The notes beneath the pieces were generated by a model. The model saw nothing but the letters and a program-made list of their open reading frames with translations. It ran no database searches and was not told where the DNA came from. This document shows, piece after piece, positions 60,737 through 60,763 of a DNA stretch of 60,763 nucleotides (position 1 is its first letter; every line of letters starts with the position of its first letter). The DNA is from an uncultured Verrucomicrobiota bacterium. Its GTDB lineage: Bacteria; Verrucomicrobiota; Kiritimatiellia; RFP12; UBA1067. The stretch is from assembly GCA_945834475.1 (NCBI GenBank), contig CAMAHK010000004.1, forward strand, positions 1 through 60,763, in the 5' to 3' direction. Position numbers and translations under genes: made by a program.

Positions 60737-60763
60737 TAAATACGGTCTAGGTGTTTTGGTGGT

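Overview
This is a 60.8-kb GC-rich bacterial chromosomal segment (roughly 60-65% GC by eye, with several clearly lower-GC patches). Almost all genes are on the + strand. The gene content includes many secreted glycoside hydrolases, giant PATR-repeat surface proteins and a histone-H1-like basic protein, with no SusC/D pair. This suggests a saccharolytic PVC-group bacterium (Lentisphaerota/Kiritimatiellota/Verrucomicrobiota-like), which is inference only. The window has three parts. (A) 1-8.2 kb holds a kilobase-scale non-coding 'word-shuffled' repeat array (1-3190 and 7602-8005). It surrounds a compact integrase module of five ATGA-coupled small genes (one Xis-like HTH), a tyrosine integrase and a 43-aa Lys/Ala-rich protein. 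(B) 8.7-55.4 kb is a glycan-utilisation region with GH51, GH97, GH30, a PL-like lyase, GH31, a GH43-GH2 fusion, GH78-like, GH29 and GH43 genes. It also carries a LacI-controlled sugar-oxidation operon, a GH43-like-sensor histidine kinase with a NarL-type regulator, two PATR giant proteins, CotH, and two AAA-ATPase/nuclease-like paralogues. This region is littered with a palindromic REP/MITE family (core CGGCGTGA-SS-TCACGCCG), including in-frame copies inside two hydrolase genes, and with many gene remnants. (C) 55.6-60.8 kb is a lower-GC island. An MmeI-like RM gene there has had its core replaced by remnants of a type II RM cassette. A secreted small protein and an NlpC/P60-like C-terminal-domain protein follow. 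I recognised no rRNA, tRNA or CRISPR array. The most unusual object is the repeat array and its shared sequence vocabulary with the integrase module. A strikingly uniform promoter architecture (CCCwwwwGGGTGAT-N22-TAnAAT, with the start codon about 7 nt after the -10) is also visible.
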